A stretch of DNA of 64,000 nt, from assembly GCF_018350175.1 (NCBI RefSeq), contig NC_058369.1, positions 23,376,001 to 23,440,000 on the forward strand, read 5' to 3'. Made by a program: the position numbers and the translations under genes. Shown one piece after another: positions 13,678 through 26,559 of this stretch. Under the pieces are notes generated by a model. It did no database searches. It was not told the origin of the DNA and saw nothing but the letters and a program-made list of their open reading frames with translations. This DNA comes from Felis catus (lineage: Eukaryota). Position 1 is the stretch's first letter. Every line of letters begins with the position of its first letter.

Positions 13678-14183
13678 GGTGCTGTTGTTGACTGTTCTAT
13701 ATATGTCAATAGGTAAAGCTATTTTCTATACCCTTACTGAATTTCTGTCTGCTTGCTCTATTGCTATCAAGAAAAGGATGTTGCAGTCTCCAACTATCAT
13801 TCTGGATTAGCATTTTGTTTTTAGTCCACATTAGATTTTGCTTCATTTACTTTGACATCTGGTTGTTAGGTACATATACATTTAGGATTGTTATGACTTC
13901 TGGTGAGTTGACTCCTATCATTTTGTGATGTTCCTCTTTAAGCTTGTACTATTCCTTGCACTGGAAGTATACTTTGTGTCCTTTGGTGGTTGTTAATATA
14001 ACTACCCCTCTTCCTGTTCTTTAGCATTTTCATGGTATATCTTTTAAAATCTCTTCACTTTCAGCTTATCTATGTGTTTATAATTAAAGTGGGTTTCTTG
14101 TAGACAGGATATAGTTGGATCTGACATTTTTATCTAATATGTCAGTTTTTATCTTTTAATTGCTATGTTTAGGTTATTTATTT

Positions 14184-15191
14184 ATTTTTAAGTCTTTATT
14201 TTAATTCCAATTAGTTAACATACAGTATTATATTAGTTTCAGGTGTCCAGTGTAGTAATTCAGCACTTCTATACATCACCCTGTGCTCATCAGGACAGGT
14301 GCCCTCCTTAATCCCCATTACCTGTTTCACCCATCCCCCACCCACCTCCTCTCTGGTAACCATCAGTTTGTTCTCTCTAGTTCAGAGTCTGTTTCTTGAT
14401 TTGCCTCTCTCTTTCCCTTTTTTCGTTTGTTTTGTTTCTTACATTACACATAATGAGTGAAATCATATGGTATTTGTCTTTCTCTGACTTATTTCACTTA
14501 ACATAATACTCTCTAAATCTATCCATGTCATTGTAAATGGCAAGGTTTCATTCTTATTTATGGCTAATATTCCATTGTATACATAAACCACATCTTCCTT
14601 ATTCATTCATCAGTCAGGCATTTGGGCTCTTTCCATAACTTGGCTATTGTTGCTAATGCTACTATAAATATCAGGGTGCATGTATCCCTTTGAATTAGTG
14701 TTTTTTTGTTCTTTGGGTAAATAGTAGTGCAATTGCTGGATTATAAGGTAATTCTATTTTTAATTTTTGAGGAACCTCCATACTGTCTTCCAGAGCAGCT
14801 GCACCAGTTTGCATTCCCACCAACAGTTCATGAAGATTCCTTTTTCTCCCTATCTTTGCCAGCACTTGTTTCTTGTGTTTTTCATGTTAGCCATTCTGAT
14901 AGGTGTGAGGTAATATATCCTTGTAGTTTTAATTTTCATTCCCCTGATTATGAGTGATGTTGAGCATCTTTTCATGTGTCTTTTGGCCAGCTGTATGTCT
15001 TCTTTGGAGAAATGTCTGTTCATGTCTTCTGCCTATTTTTAATTGGATTATTCATTTTGGGGGTGAGTTTTATAAGTTCTTTATATATTTTAGATACTAA
15101 TGCTTTCCCAGGTCATTTGCAAATATCTTCTCACATTTTATAGGTTGCCTTTTAGTTTTGTTGATTGTTTCCTTCACTGTGCAGCTTTTTA
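14184..15191 (-). mobile_element. 5'-truncated carnivore L1 (L1_Carn-like, ~1 kb) nested in the older L1
   Basis: Carnivore L1 3'UTR motif (…gtgctcatcaggacaggtgccctccttaatcccc…). Imperfect TSD tttaggt(t)atttattt at ~14168-14183 and ~15192-15206. Confidence 0.85.
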
Positions 15192-16353
15192 TTTAGGTAT
15201 TTATTTTTGATGCAGCTATTGATATGTTTGGCTTAAAATCTGCCATCTTCCTGGTTGTTTTCTGTTTGTTCCTCTTATTTGTTTTTTTTCCTCTTTTTTA
15301 TTCTACCTTGTTTTATATTGTCTTATGATTCCAGTTTTTCCTGCTACTGCCTTATTATTTATACCATTTTTGGATTTCCAGTGGTTGCAGTAAGGTTTAC
15401 AATATACCCCTTTAACTTCTCATGGTCTGCCTTCACATAATATTAAATGATTTCATGTGTAGTGTCCATGCATTATGACAAGATACTCCCTATTCCTCTC
15501 TCCCATTTTAAGCCAGTCAATATTTCTTTTATGTATTTTCTGACCCATGTTCTCTTTATTTGACTCTGGGATTCCAAATACACATTTGTTAGACTGTTTG
15601 GTACTATGTCATTGCTTATTGGGGTTCTATTCATTTTTGTTTCAATATGTTTTATCTCTCTTCTACAGTTTGGATGGCTGCTATTGACCTCAAATTCACT
15701 GATCTTTTTTTCTAACATGTACAATCTGATTTTAATGCTACTCCAATTGGAATTTTAGATTTCAGATATTTTATTCTTTCTATTTTAGGAATTGTATCTG
15801 GTTCTTTCACATAGTTTCTGTGTCTGTACTGAAGTTTCCTCCATCTCTCTGCTCAATATGCCCATAGCTTTAGGCTCATTAACATATAAGAATATAACAT
15901 ATTACCTACACATCTGCAAAGTCTAATACCTGTCTCATATAGTAGTTTGTATTTAGTGAGTAATTTTTCTTTTGACTTTTTTGTCACGTTTTACTGCTTC
16001 TTCACATGTGTTGCAATTTTTGCACACTTGATAGTGTGGATTGTGTATTATAGATGCCCTGGGTTTTGTTATCTTCTTCTGGAAAATGGTAAGTTTTATT
16101 GCACTATGCATTTAAATTACCAGGGATCATTTTGCTCTTTTGGTGCCTTGGTTTTAGGCTTTTGTAGGTGAGTCTGTTTCGTTTTGCCCCTAGTTCTGGA
16201 ATATAGTGTTTACCCTTTAAAACTTTTTACTTTGGTCTTGTGTAGAAGTTGACTGTGCTAGTTAAAAATGGTTTAGAGGTGTCACCCTAGGTTAACTGAA
16301 CATTCAGAATTTTTTTTAATTAACTTTTTGAGTCTGAACTGCTTTTTCCTTTT

Positions 16354-16568
16354 ATTTTTTTTTAATGTTTATTTATTATTGAGAGACAGAGAGAGACAGA
16401 GCATGAGCATAGGAGGGGCAGAGAGACAGGGAGACACAGAATCCAAAGCAGGCTCCAGGCTCTGAGCTGTCAGCACAGAGCCCGATGCGGGGCTCGAACT
16501 CACAGACCACGAGATTATGACCTGAGCTGAAGTCAGACGCTCAACCAACTGAGCCACCCAGGCGCCCC
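16354..16568 (-). mobile_element. Carnivore SINE (SINEC_Fc-like) with TSD
   Basis: TSD ctgctttttcctttt at 16339-16353 and 16568-16582. Confidence 0.96.
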
Positions 16569-16586
16569 TGCTTTTTCCTTTTTAAA

Positions 16587-16660
16587 AGAAAGATCTACTT
16601 CCCTTTGGCAGAGTAGAAGCTTCCCAGAAAGATCTGCTTCCCTTTGGCAGAGTAGAAGCT
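16587..16660. repeat. 35-bp direct duplication, period 39
   Basis: agaaagatct(a/g)cttccctttggcagagtagaagct at 16587-16621 and 16626-16660, one mismatch. Confidence 0.95.
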
Positions 16661-17821
16661 AAAGGGAGAGAAAGATGGGGTTACCAATAACCCATGTCTG
16701 CTATCTCAGGCTGGAGAAATTAAAGAGTTTTGTGCAAGGTGGAAACAAGGATGTGATTTTAGAATGTGACATTCGGAAGGCAAATCACTTTTGAGGTAGG
16801 AAAACTAGGACTGAGAGAAGGAGGGAACAATAGGTGACAAGTAGGTGGTTTCACACGGGGAGCTTGATTTTTAACTCCACTGACTTTTGAACCAGTCAGC
16901 TTTCTAATCCTTCCTATTATCTCCCACCTCCTCCATTTTACTCCTACCCTGTATTTTGTATTGATATTCTCTGTGTGGATATGAGAGATTAGTTCTGATT
17001 TTTGTTCTGAGAGACTTTTTTCCCCTCTGTGTTGGAGTAGATCACCAATCATCACAAAAAATTCTGTGAACATCAATGTTTAAAATCGAGAGCATTGCCT
17101 TTCATACAGTGTTTCTGGGATATATCTGTTTCTCTTGAAATTTCCCTATGCCTGTAGGTCCCCACCTCAGTATTTGTACTCTTCAAAATGAAAATCTTGC
17201 TATTTTGTGATAAGGGGCTGTTGAATAGACGTGGGAATTATTAGAAGCATTGAATTCAGAAGTTAGATCAGAAAATATAGCACGCTACCTGGTTTGTCTC
17301 ACTCTGTCCCTGGGACATTGATTCAAAGCCACATGATATAGAATTCAGAAGGCTTAGAATCAGAGTAGATAGACATGGATGCAGCCTTTATTTCAATCAG
17401 TAGAAATGAATTCATCTCCACCTATAGACCCAAGTAGTTTTAAAGCTGATATGATAGAGGGACTCAGAGAGGCTTCCTTGATGGGACTCACCCCAAGAAT
17501 ACACATTGGGTACATGGAGTAGAACAGCAAGATTATAAACTAAGGAGGTGCTTCCATGTTCTTTCAATGAATGCTTTTGGAGGAATACCACTCCGATTTT
17601 TATTATTTCTCGTGGTTCACTGTTGAGATTGTAAAGCAAAGTGCTGATCACAGAGACTTAGTTTTCCAAATATGTGTGTCTGTAGTCTAAAACATAGAAA
17701 GTTATTCACGGTTCTTAGTTCTTATTAAAATGCAATTCCTACTCATTGTAGAAAACTAAACAATAGAGAAATGCATAGAGAATAAAGTAAAATCACACGT
17801 AATCTCACCACTCAGAAATAA

Positions 17822-17925
17822 GCCAGGTGGCCTGGATTGGAATCCCAGCTCCAGATCTGATTAGCCTAATAATTTCAGGGAAGCTACCTAGTTTCCTCAT
17901 CTGTAAACTGGGGGTAAGGAGATTT
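17822..17925 (+). mobile_element. MIR SINE fragment
   Basis: cctggattggaatcccagctcc…agtttcctcatctgtaaactgggg core. Confidence 0.7.
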
Positions 17926-19699
17926 AAAGAGTGCTATATTTCCTTCCAGTCCTTCTTTTCCCCTGTGCAAAACTAGCCTCATAGTTAGCCTATTTATTTT
18001 CTTGCCCTCAACATAGTATGCTGGACAAAGTGCTTTTTTCATGTAGTGCAAGATGTCCAGTCTTTTAGAAAGCAAGTATTGTTGGTCCAGGTCTGACTTT
18101 GTCAGATTACTTAAAATTAGATATTTAATTCCCCAGTGAATGCTTTATTCTTTTGAGTCTGTTTGGGCCTCCTGATGGTTCATGAGGATGATGGTTCATA
18201 CAGCTGCTGCTGTATTTTGCTAAATGAACATGGCAGTTCACAGGGGGATTGTGGAAGACAGTGTGGAGCTAGGGAATGGAAAATTATAAATGTTGAGTCC
18301 GAGGGAAAGTTCAGTTGGCCCCTGAAGGTTTAAGGACAAAGTCTCTGCTCTTAGTTTATCGGTGAATTGTGTCCAAACATTTTCCACAGGAAATTTTGAT
18401 GTTCGGTGGGTGGATGGCAGTCTGTGGAGTCTGACAGCTTAAATCCTGGCCATGGCTCTGAAGCCTATTACCTGTGCTCTCTTAAACCACTATGGGTCCA
18501 AACTTCTGAAGGTCTGTAAGCCTCGGGTGCCTTTTTGATATTAGGAATAACATCACCTGGATGGCTCATGGAGTTGTTCTGTAGTTAGTTTTCAGTAAAA
18601 GACCTTCACACACTGCACACAGTAGGTATGCAGTAGATGGTGATGACTGGGATGGTAGGAAGGATGATGGTGTTGGTGAGTAGTCATACTGTAGGGTTTA
18701 AAACAGAGGTTCGATACTTTGATACTTGATTGGTTTTATACTTGGAAATGTGTAACGTCTCAAAGCTTGAATAAATGAAGATGGTAACTCTCTGGGTAGG
18801 TATCAAGATTAAAGGGGAACCGCTTGAGAAAGTGCTTGGCACAAGGCAAGCCCTCTATACATGTTAGCTCTTACTCTCATTATTTGGAACAAAAGACACT
18901 AATAGTTGCAGTGAAGATATTTAATAAATTCCTTACTCTTCTTAAGGGATTAGAAGAAAATGGTTCATGTCATAATTAAGAGGATTTATGGAAGACCTTA
19001 GTACAACAAAAAAAAAATAGCCAACGTTTGAAAATTTCTCTTGTTGTTAGCTCTTTTGAAATTCTCTTCTAGTATGAGAAAACTGGGGCCCCTCTTTCTT
19101 TTTATTCTATGGGGCTCTCTCACCCATTTTTCAGACACAAAATACCCTTCCTTGCCACCTGCCTTGGGCTGATAATGCCAAAGAATTTGCTGCTGAAGTT
19201 ATTTACAGGCTCTGGGTTGGCACCAAAAATCTCAACGGATCCTTGGTGGTTCTGAGGATGAGTGGAAGTCATTGTCATGGCTCTCTTTGACTCATCTGTC
19301 TGCAATATAATAATTATCTCCACGGGACACTGTGCCTTGTAGACAAAGCACCCCTCAGGCTTTTTGTGTGCTGTCCTCATCAGCAAGTCACAAGTGGAAT
19401 GCCATAATGTGTTCATTGTATACATTTTTGAATAAGTAAGTATAACAAAGACAGCATGCTTGCTCCATTTAATCTCAGCTCTTAACTATGAAAACGTAGC
19501 ACGTTTCTTTTGCTAGTGAAATGGAGCAAGAGAAGCCTGACCAGTCTGGTTCCTAGAAGGCCATCCAAGGTACGTTTGGTGGGAACCAAACTGATGGCTT
19601 CTAGGGCTTGACTCCCAAAAGCCTGAATTTTCCAGTTACAGTTTGATCAGGCAGCATGTTGAGCATCGTAAGGAATTTAGGTGTGCATCACCTAGTATT

Positions 19700-20110
19700 C
19701 TTTTACTACAAATAAAAGAAGGCTCAACTCAAGCAAGCTGAAACCATAAAGTGAAAAGTTGAGATGCAGCCTCGGGTAAGGCTTACTGTAGTTTCCCAAA
19801 GGTTAGTCACCAAGACTTGGGTTTTCTCTTTAAATTTTCCAGCAGACACTTGGATCCATGGGCAAAGAAAAGCTATCAGTGGCTCCTTTGTGTATTGGGA
19901 ATAGAGATAAGCATACTGGGTTTCAGTCTGATTAGAATAACAGGTCCAATGCCCATCTCTGAACCAGTCACTTTCTTCAGGGGAAGGAGTTGTACCAATC
20001 AGCTTAGGTTCAGGTAACATGCCTGGGCAGGGCTAGTTCTTCAGAAGCACCTGGGCTGCCTGAAGGAAGGGTGGATTCCTGAACAGAGTAGGATATTGGT
20101 ATCAAAAGAA
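19700..20110 (-). mobile_element. MaLR LTR (MLT1-like) fragment
   Basis: ggtccaatgcccatctctgaaccagtcact…ccaatcagcttagg motifs. Confidence 0.45.
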
Positions 20111-21164
20111 GGGAGATTAGATATCAAAGAAGACTGCTTTAGAGCACTTAGGCAGGGCCCTCTTTTCTGAAATCAATCAGAAGCAAGGAGGCTTGGCTCT
20201 TGCAGAATCCTTAGAATAAACCATTCTGGGCTGCTTAAACCTCATACTATATTCTGTACAAGTCATTTGCTAGGGAACCTGTGCTACTTTGGATTATATT
20301 TTTATCTTTGACTATTTTTCCATCATTATTCAGTGAACTTTAATACTGAGCTGATGCATGGAAAGCAAAAGTCTGTGTCTTGTCCTTGGAAGTCTAATAG
20401 ACAAAATCCCCTGAATTAAAAAATAAGATAGCTCCTTGTCTGGCCATCTAGAGGGACAAAGGAAGGGGATGAGAGAGGGGAGGAGCTAGAGAGAGAGGGA
20501 GGAAAGAAGAAAGGAGAAGAGACACTAGTTGGCTTACTCACGGTATTGTATTGTTGAGTAAGTTCATCTCTACTGCCACCAGCCCTAGAATAAGCTGTAT
20601 CAAGGGGCCCGAGGGGGAGTAACAGACAAGTGGCCAATCAACTCCTAACATTTGAAGCGTTTGTCTTTCTGACTTTTGATTTGAGCTCATACTAGAAAAA
20701 AGGTTTTTGTTTGTTCCTGGCTTCTTAATGTGTGTGTCCTGTGCCTCCTATCTGATACCCACACAGGCCTCTTGAACCTCATTTTTAGCTGCTCTAGAGG
20801 TTAACTTCCATGTATTTCCCTGGGTTACCAAAAAAGAATTTTCTACAAGTTCCATAGCTTACAGTTTTCAAACCATTCCAAATGTAGCCTAGAGGAAAGC
20901 GTCTATCCTTCTCTCCTTTTCCAGTTGGTGGCACCAGGGGGTTAAAATGGCTCTGAGCATCTCATTCCACATGTGTGTAGAAGTGTATGTGTCTTACACG
21001 GATGCTATAGGTATCTACAGTATGCTATAGGAGCATGGAGGGCGTGCTTCGCTAAGAGAGGGGGTTCTTCATGGAGGAGGCAACATTCAGTAAGCCTTTT
21101 AGAACTGAAATGGGGTTCTCCAAGGGTGGGGAAAAGGTGGCTGCAGCACTCAGAGCCTTGCTGG

Positions 21165-21510
21165 TTCCTGAGCCAGCAGCATCAGCACTACCTGGAAGCA
21201 GGTGAGAAAGGGCGAATCATTGACCTGGCTCTAGAGCCCCAGAATAGAATCTGCATTTCAACAAGATCCTCCGGTCATTTCTTAAGTACCTAAGGTTTGA
21301 GGAGCACTCCTTTTGATCAGTAGTTGGGTCTCAGCCTTGGCAACACACTGGAATCACTTAGGTAGCTTTAAAAATATATACATGCCTTGGCCCTACATCC
21401 AGGCTTCTAATAGAATATGTTTTAGGTGTGGCCCAGGCATCAGTTGAAAAAAACAAAACAGGAAGCTCCCTGGGTGATTCTTACGCTCTCCGTCTGGGTC
21501 TCAGCCCTGA
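21165..21510. mobile_element. Two adjacent MER5-family remnants
   Basis: cagcagcatcagcactacctggaag…gaatctgcatttcaacaagatcc…tttgaggagcact, then ttggcaacacactggaatcact…gctccctgggtgattct. Confidence 0.7.
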
Positions 21511-21809
21511 GGGAGAAGCATGAAGCAGTCAAGGGCCCAGGGTAGGGAGCATGTTTGGATGTTGGGAAAGAAGGTTGGCTTAGACCTATCAGGCTGGAGG
21601 GAGGGCCAGCCTTGATCATACTGGGTCTTGTTTGCTTCCCTCCTGTGCAGACCATTGGGTAGATGCTAAGGGAGCCGTGGACGGTTAGTATAGACAGGGG
21701 GATGGTGTGGTCAGCCTTGCATTTGGGAAGCACTGTCACCTTAAGAATGGAAAGGGGCTGATGGCAGGGAAGCCGGTTAGGAGGTGTGCTACAAATGATG
21801 CAGATTGGG

Positions 21810-22260
21810 AGGGCCAGCTACAGAATTTGCAGGGCCCAGTACAAAATGAAAATGTGGGCTGCTTCTTCAAAAAGCAGGAAAAAAGTGTCATTAAAGGTAC
21901 CTAAAAGGTAAGACATTTTCCTGCTTCCTGTGTTCTCTCTTGACCTGCCAGGATACTATTTATTTGCTGTCTGATCTTGTGCTCCCTTTAGACACATGGA
22001 TTCTGACTGGTCAAGCGCAGACCCTCATAGGCACCCCCAGGTCCTGACCCTGTTACTCTGGGGTGCGCAGCCCAGTGGCTGGTGGGTTCTCTCTTACACT
22101 AATCACTGGACTGAGGTGCTATGTCCTACTTGGAGAAGTAAAGAACATAAATGTAAAGATGAAATAAATTTCAAGATAGTACTGCAGAGTAGTAAACCCT
22201 AAGTGACAAGCCCTTCTGAATATACGTCCTTGCATGACTACACATGCTCCCCCGGGAGGG
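21810..22260 (-). mobile_element. MER45-like hAT-Tip100 DNA transposon, inserted in an L2 fragment
   Basis: gggccagctacagaatttgcagggcccagtacaaaatgaaaatgtggg…aaatttcaagatagtactgcagag resembles MER45 ends; L2-like sequence on both flanks. Confidence 0.55.
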
Positions 22261-24309
22261 CAGCGGGGGGGAGGGTGGGCTTGAGAGGGTCAAATGAGCC
22301 CATGGCGATGTTCAAAGAGGAATATGCTGAGAATTATGTCAAGATCTCTGGTTTGAGTGACTCGATAGATGGTGGTACTATTAAGAGATCTGGGGGGAAA
22401 GGGGCAAGAATTACTGGAATTGGGAGCAGAGGTGACATTTAGGTACCTGTGAATCCTCCCCTTGTTCCAACATTGAATCAGCCCTCTTCTGTCTGGCTTA
22501 ATTGCATAGGCTGGCACTGTCAGAACAAGGATGAATAATGGAGGGACCGTGAGCTTCCATGCCTTCTTCCAACTCTAATTAGACAGCTCCGGGCAGTTTG
22601 TCCTGAACCTGATGCTAAATTTGGTTCTCAATCAAGTGCCTGTTCCTGTTTTCTTAAAGATTGTTTTCAGGGACAAGATTTTTGTTCAGTGTCTTTTGGG
22701 CACCTACAGAACATATCCCACAGCACTGGCTTTTTTCCATCTCCATGCAAGGTGTCTCCCAGGAATAGATTTATGGGGGATATGAACAGGATATCAAGTG
22801 GGGGTTTCCTTGTAGCCCCAGGTTGAGGTGAGGACGAAGTGACACTAGGCACCGCAGGTTCTAAAGAGAACAGCCTTTTCGCTGGCGCTAGAGTTGGAAA
22901 TCCTGCCCCCACTCCCCACCTCCAAGCCCATTTGAGGGCAGACAGCTGGCCTGCCTTGGTCTGCCATGTGAGCACTGATGAGGGGCCTAATAAGAGATCA
23001 GGTTCATGGAAAGTGGGCTCTAGGGGGCGCTGTTTCCTGCTGGGAGTCAGATGGGCAGTGGGGGGTGGGGGGATGCTCCAAGAGACTCTTCTATATTTTG
23101 GGGGTGCCTGAAGAAGGGCGAGTCCAGCACTGGTCAAATGTCTTCTAGGTGATAGATGTACTAATATATCCTTGTGTCTGTCTGAACAGGGAGAGACCTG
23201 GAGGGAAAGGGTGAGGGTTGGCGAAGGGGCAGCTCTGAAGTGGCCTATGTCTGGGCCAGCAAAGATAGTGTTTCCCAAGGGTCAGGTGGGCAGTGTGGAA
23301 AGTAGCTGTCATCTTGCTTAAACCCAACAAGATGGTTGCTCTTCAGAGGAGGTCCTCACAAGGCAAGAAGTTTGGCAGTAATTGCTGGTGGTAGGAGCTG
23401 CATGGGTGGGCCCTTTGGGGCATGTTGAGGAGCTGTTGGTCCTCTGAAGAATCCATCATAACCTCACAAGAGAGCCAACATTTGGATGCTGGGATGCACA
23501 GAGGACACCAAAGGCTAGGCTGTGTTGTAAAAAAACAAGCCGTGGTGAGATGGTTGCCCGGCAGCCTGGTAAATAGAAGATGCTGCCTCTTTACTGCTCT
23601 GTTTTCCCACCCCAACTATTGAAGAGGCTAGAACCTAGAAGCTTGAAGGAAGAATAGTGTAGAGCTTCGAACTATGAGTGAAATTAGAGCAGTTAACTAG
23701 ACTGGCCTAATTGTACTAACCTAAAATGGTCAGAGTGTTATGGAGTCTGTACAAGATATCATTTAGAGATGAGAAAGCAGGAATTCAACATAGCAGGGTG
23801 GAAAACCAAGCCAACGAAGGAAGGATGGAAGGAGGGAACTGTTTCACATTTCTATTAAGTCCTGACACTTTTGGGGGTGAGCAGGTGAGGCGCTGCTCTT
23901 CATTGTTTTACCTCCCTTGGGTTGAGCATGAGCAGGTGCTGGTGCTCCCCCGCCCCTCCCCATGCTGTTCCATAGCAGGGCTCTGGAGTTCTACTGGAAC
24001 ACATCCTCAATATTTAATCTCTGGTTTGAATTTAAACAGTCACCAAATGTTTGCTCTCCACAAGTTACGGGCCTAGGTCACTTAGGGCATTTTGGGGTAC
24101 ATTGGGGGAGGATAGGCATCGTCCTACCCCTAACGAGAGTAAGATCCCGTTGGAGAGCCACAATTGTGTACCCAGGCCATCTGGAGAATAGTACTGTGAC
24201 TGAGAATCCCCTGTGACTTTTGTCTTTTATTTCATGTCAGGATAAAATCTGGGAATTGTATCAATGGTGAAAATCTATAAAGGGTGAAAGACTTCAAAAT
24301 GTTTTTTTA

Positions 24310-24535
24310 GGCGTGCCTGGGTGGCTCAGTTAAGCGTCCCAAGTCAGCTCAGGTCATGGTCTTGCAGCCCATGAGTTCGAGCCCCGTGTCGGGTCCTGTG
24401 CTGACAGCTCAGAGCCTGGAGCCTGTTTCAGATTCTGTGTCTTCCTCTCTCTCTACCCCTCCCCCACTCACACTCTGTCTGTCTCTGTCTCTCAAAAATG
24501 AATAAATGTTAAAAAAACTTTTATTAAAAAAATAA
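24310..24535 (+). mobile_element. Carnivore SINE (first of a tandem pair)
   Basis: SINE head, body, (CT)n tract and A-rich tail. Confidence 0.93.
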
Positions 24536-24559
24536 TTTTTTTTTAAAGAGTCTATCCTG

Positions 24560-24755
24560 GGGGCACCTGGGTGGCTCAGTCGGTTAAGCGACCAACTTCA
24601 GCTCAGGTCATGATCTCGCGGTTCATGAGTTTGAGCCCCACGTCAGGCTCTTTGCTGACAGCTTGGAGCCTGGAATCTGCTTTGGATTCCTCTCTGTCCT
24701 CTCTCTCTCTCACTCTCTCAAAAATAAATAAACATTAAAAAAATTAAAAAAAAAT
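24560..24755 (+). mobile_element. Carnivore SINE (second of a tandem pair) with TSD
   Basis: TSD agtctatcctg at 24549-24559 and 24756-24766. Confidence 0.95.
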
Positions 24756-26559
24756 AGTCTATCCTGCCCCAACTATTTGTCAAGCTACAGTTTTGTACCC
24801 AATTAATAAAAGACAAGCCGACCAAGTTCTCCAAATGTGCATTGTGGGTCCTCTGGGTATTTTATCCCTGAGCCCTTCCCATTACGCGTGTTTGTCCGGG
24901 GAGAGCATTAGGGAAGCTGCAAGGTCGCTTTCCTCATGTGGTCAGCAGAGCCCCTCTTAGTGGACAGCATGCAGCTAATAGTCTCTCTTGCCAGGGGAAG
25001 CTGTCTTGAAATCACATCATTTTTCCCCGCTAGTCCTTCTCAGTGTATAGCCAGTGGAAAAGGGAGGACTGCGTTATTTCAGTTCCGGCAATGGACACAT
25101 CAAAATTGCCTCCCTCTCCCCTCCTCTTTCCCTGGAGGACCTAATTTATTTCACGCAGTTTGACCTATCCCTGCTTAGAAACCGCCATTGTGATTCTCTG
25201 TTGAGGCATTTCCCTGCTGCCTTTTTTGGCCCCCAAGCAAACCCACCAGGCCACAGTTCCCCTGCACAATGATGTCAGTCTGGCTGCTGGGCCCAGCTGG
25301 ATGGAGGTGTGTTTTATGAAGTTCAACCCTGCACCCTGGGCCATAAATACACGTTGTGCACATAAATGTACAGCTAACATTGCCCAGACCCCTCCGAAGC
25401 ACCATGTTAATAAGCAGACAGTAAGTCTTTAAAATATGGAAAAGCAGTTAATCTTTCCGCTGGCAAATCCTTTGTAGGGGGTTGTTTCCCCCGCTTCAGG
25501 ATAGCTGCATGCAGGGCTTTGAATCATCTAGCATTTGGGGGAAAAAGAGAAGTTTGCCATGGGACTTCATGGAGAATGCTTGGGGAGCCTTTTACTAAGA
25601 GGGGAAGTGTGCTAAAACCAGTATCTTACCCTTGTCATTAAGTGAGTCGTCACTCGGTCTGCCTTCAAGGAGTTTGAGCACTAAGAGTCCCTATACAAGA
25701 CAAGAGGTGTGCCGCCTCCTGGGGCCCACCATGGGCCCGGCCCCGAGGCTTGCAGTCTGCCCCTGTTGATCCAGGAAGTTATCCAGCCTCCTGTTCCCCC
25801 ATCTCCAAATGGGCACAAGCAGGTCTCATTCACACAGCTTCAGTAAGAGTTTGCTTACCCTCTCTGAGTCCCAGTCTTCTCCTTTGTAGAACAAAAGTGT
25901 CAATACTCTGCCCTTCACATAATGTCCTGTTTTATAAATGTTTTAAGACTACAGGAACACGGGCTCCTTCTAAAGAACTTTAACGTTAGAGATTAAGTTC
26001 ATTTGCTTTGACGGTTACCCCTGTTAGTCTCTTCCCCTCCTCCCCTCCTCTCACCACTGCCCTCGCTCTCTCTCCCATAGATGACATGGTAGGAGGGCCA
26101 GACTGGAGGGTGAGGATAGGGGCTCAGCAGACAGAAGGTGACTCGGACCAGTACCTGCTCGCTTCATCGGAGAGAGAGCGGGTCTGCAGCTTGCTTCCAA
26201 CCGCCGAGCCGCCATGACTCTTGTCTGCGTGGCTCAGGCAGAGAATGGGAGTTGCCAGTGGGTTGATCTAAGGATGCCATAAATGAGAACTGTCCATTCT
26301 GGAGGTGACATAGTTTATGTCTTACAAATATTTCATTTCATTTGGTACTTTCATTTCTTCATATTGCTAGGAGGACGCTTCATATGTACTGTTCTCTTTG
26401 CGTTCAACTCACAAGGGTCTACTTGTTTCGTCCATTTGTTCTTTCTGTGACTACCTGGAATCATGGATTGCTTACTGATCTGCTACCACTGGCACATTGG
26501 ATACATCTGATCCACCCCACTTATTTTTTCTTGTTCTCTGTAGCAGAAGTAAATACTCT

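Larger units (their letters stand above)
9295..16100 (-). mobile_element. Long degenerate L1M element or nest (3'UTR to ORF2 endonuclease region), interrupted by SINEs, a microsatellite and a younger L1
   Basis: Minus-strand ORF pieces match L1 ORF2 motifs in colinear order: LYLSSCTKINSKCVTDLNVK (~10660-10720), DKLDKFLERCKLPK (~12720-12770), [24 protein letters not shown] (~13410-13490). An L1 3' end lies near 9300. Confidence 0.85.

Noticed and set aside
13270..13810. Overlapping Y/I/H/T/C/V-rich ORFs
   Set aside because: Artefacts of the stop-free compound microsatellite plus L1 remnants.
22667..23278. 203-aa minus-strand ORF
   Set aside because: Non-ATG start, low-information Pro/Ser/Leu-rich composition, no family similarity and no supporting exon structure.
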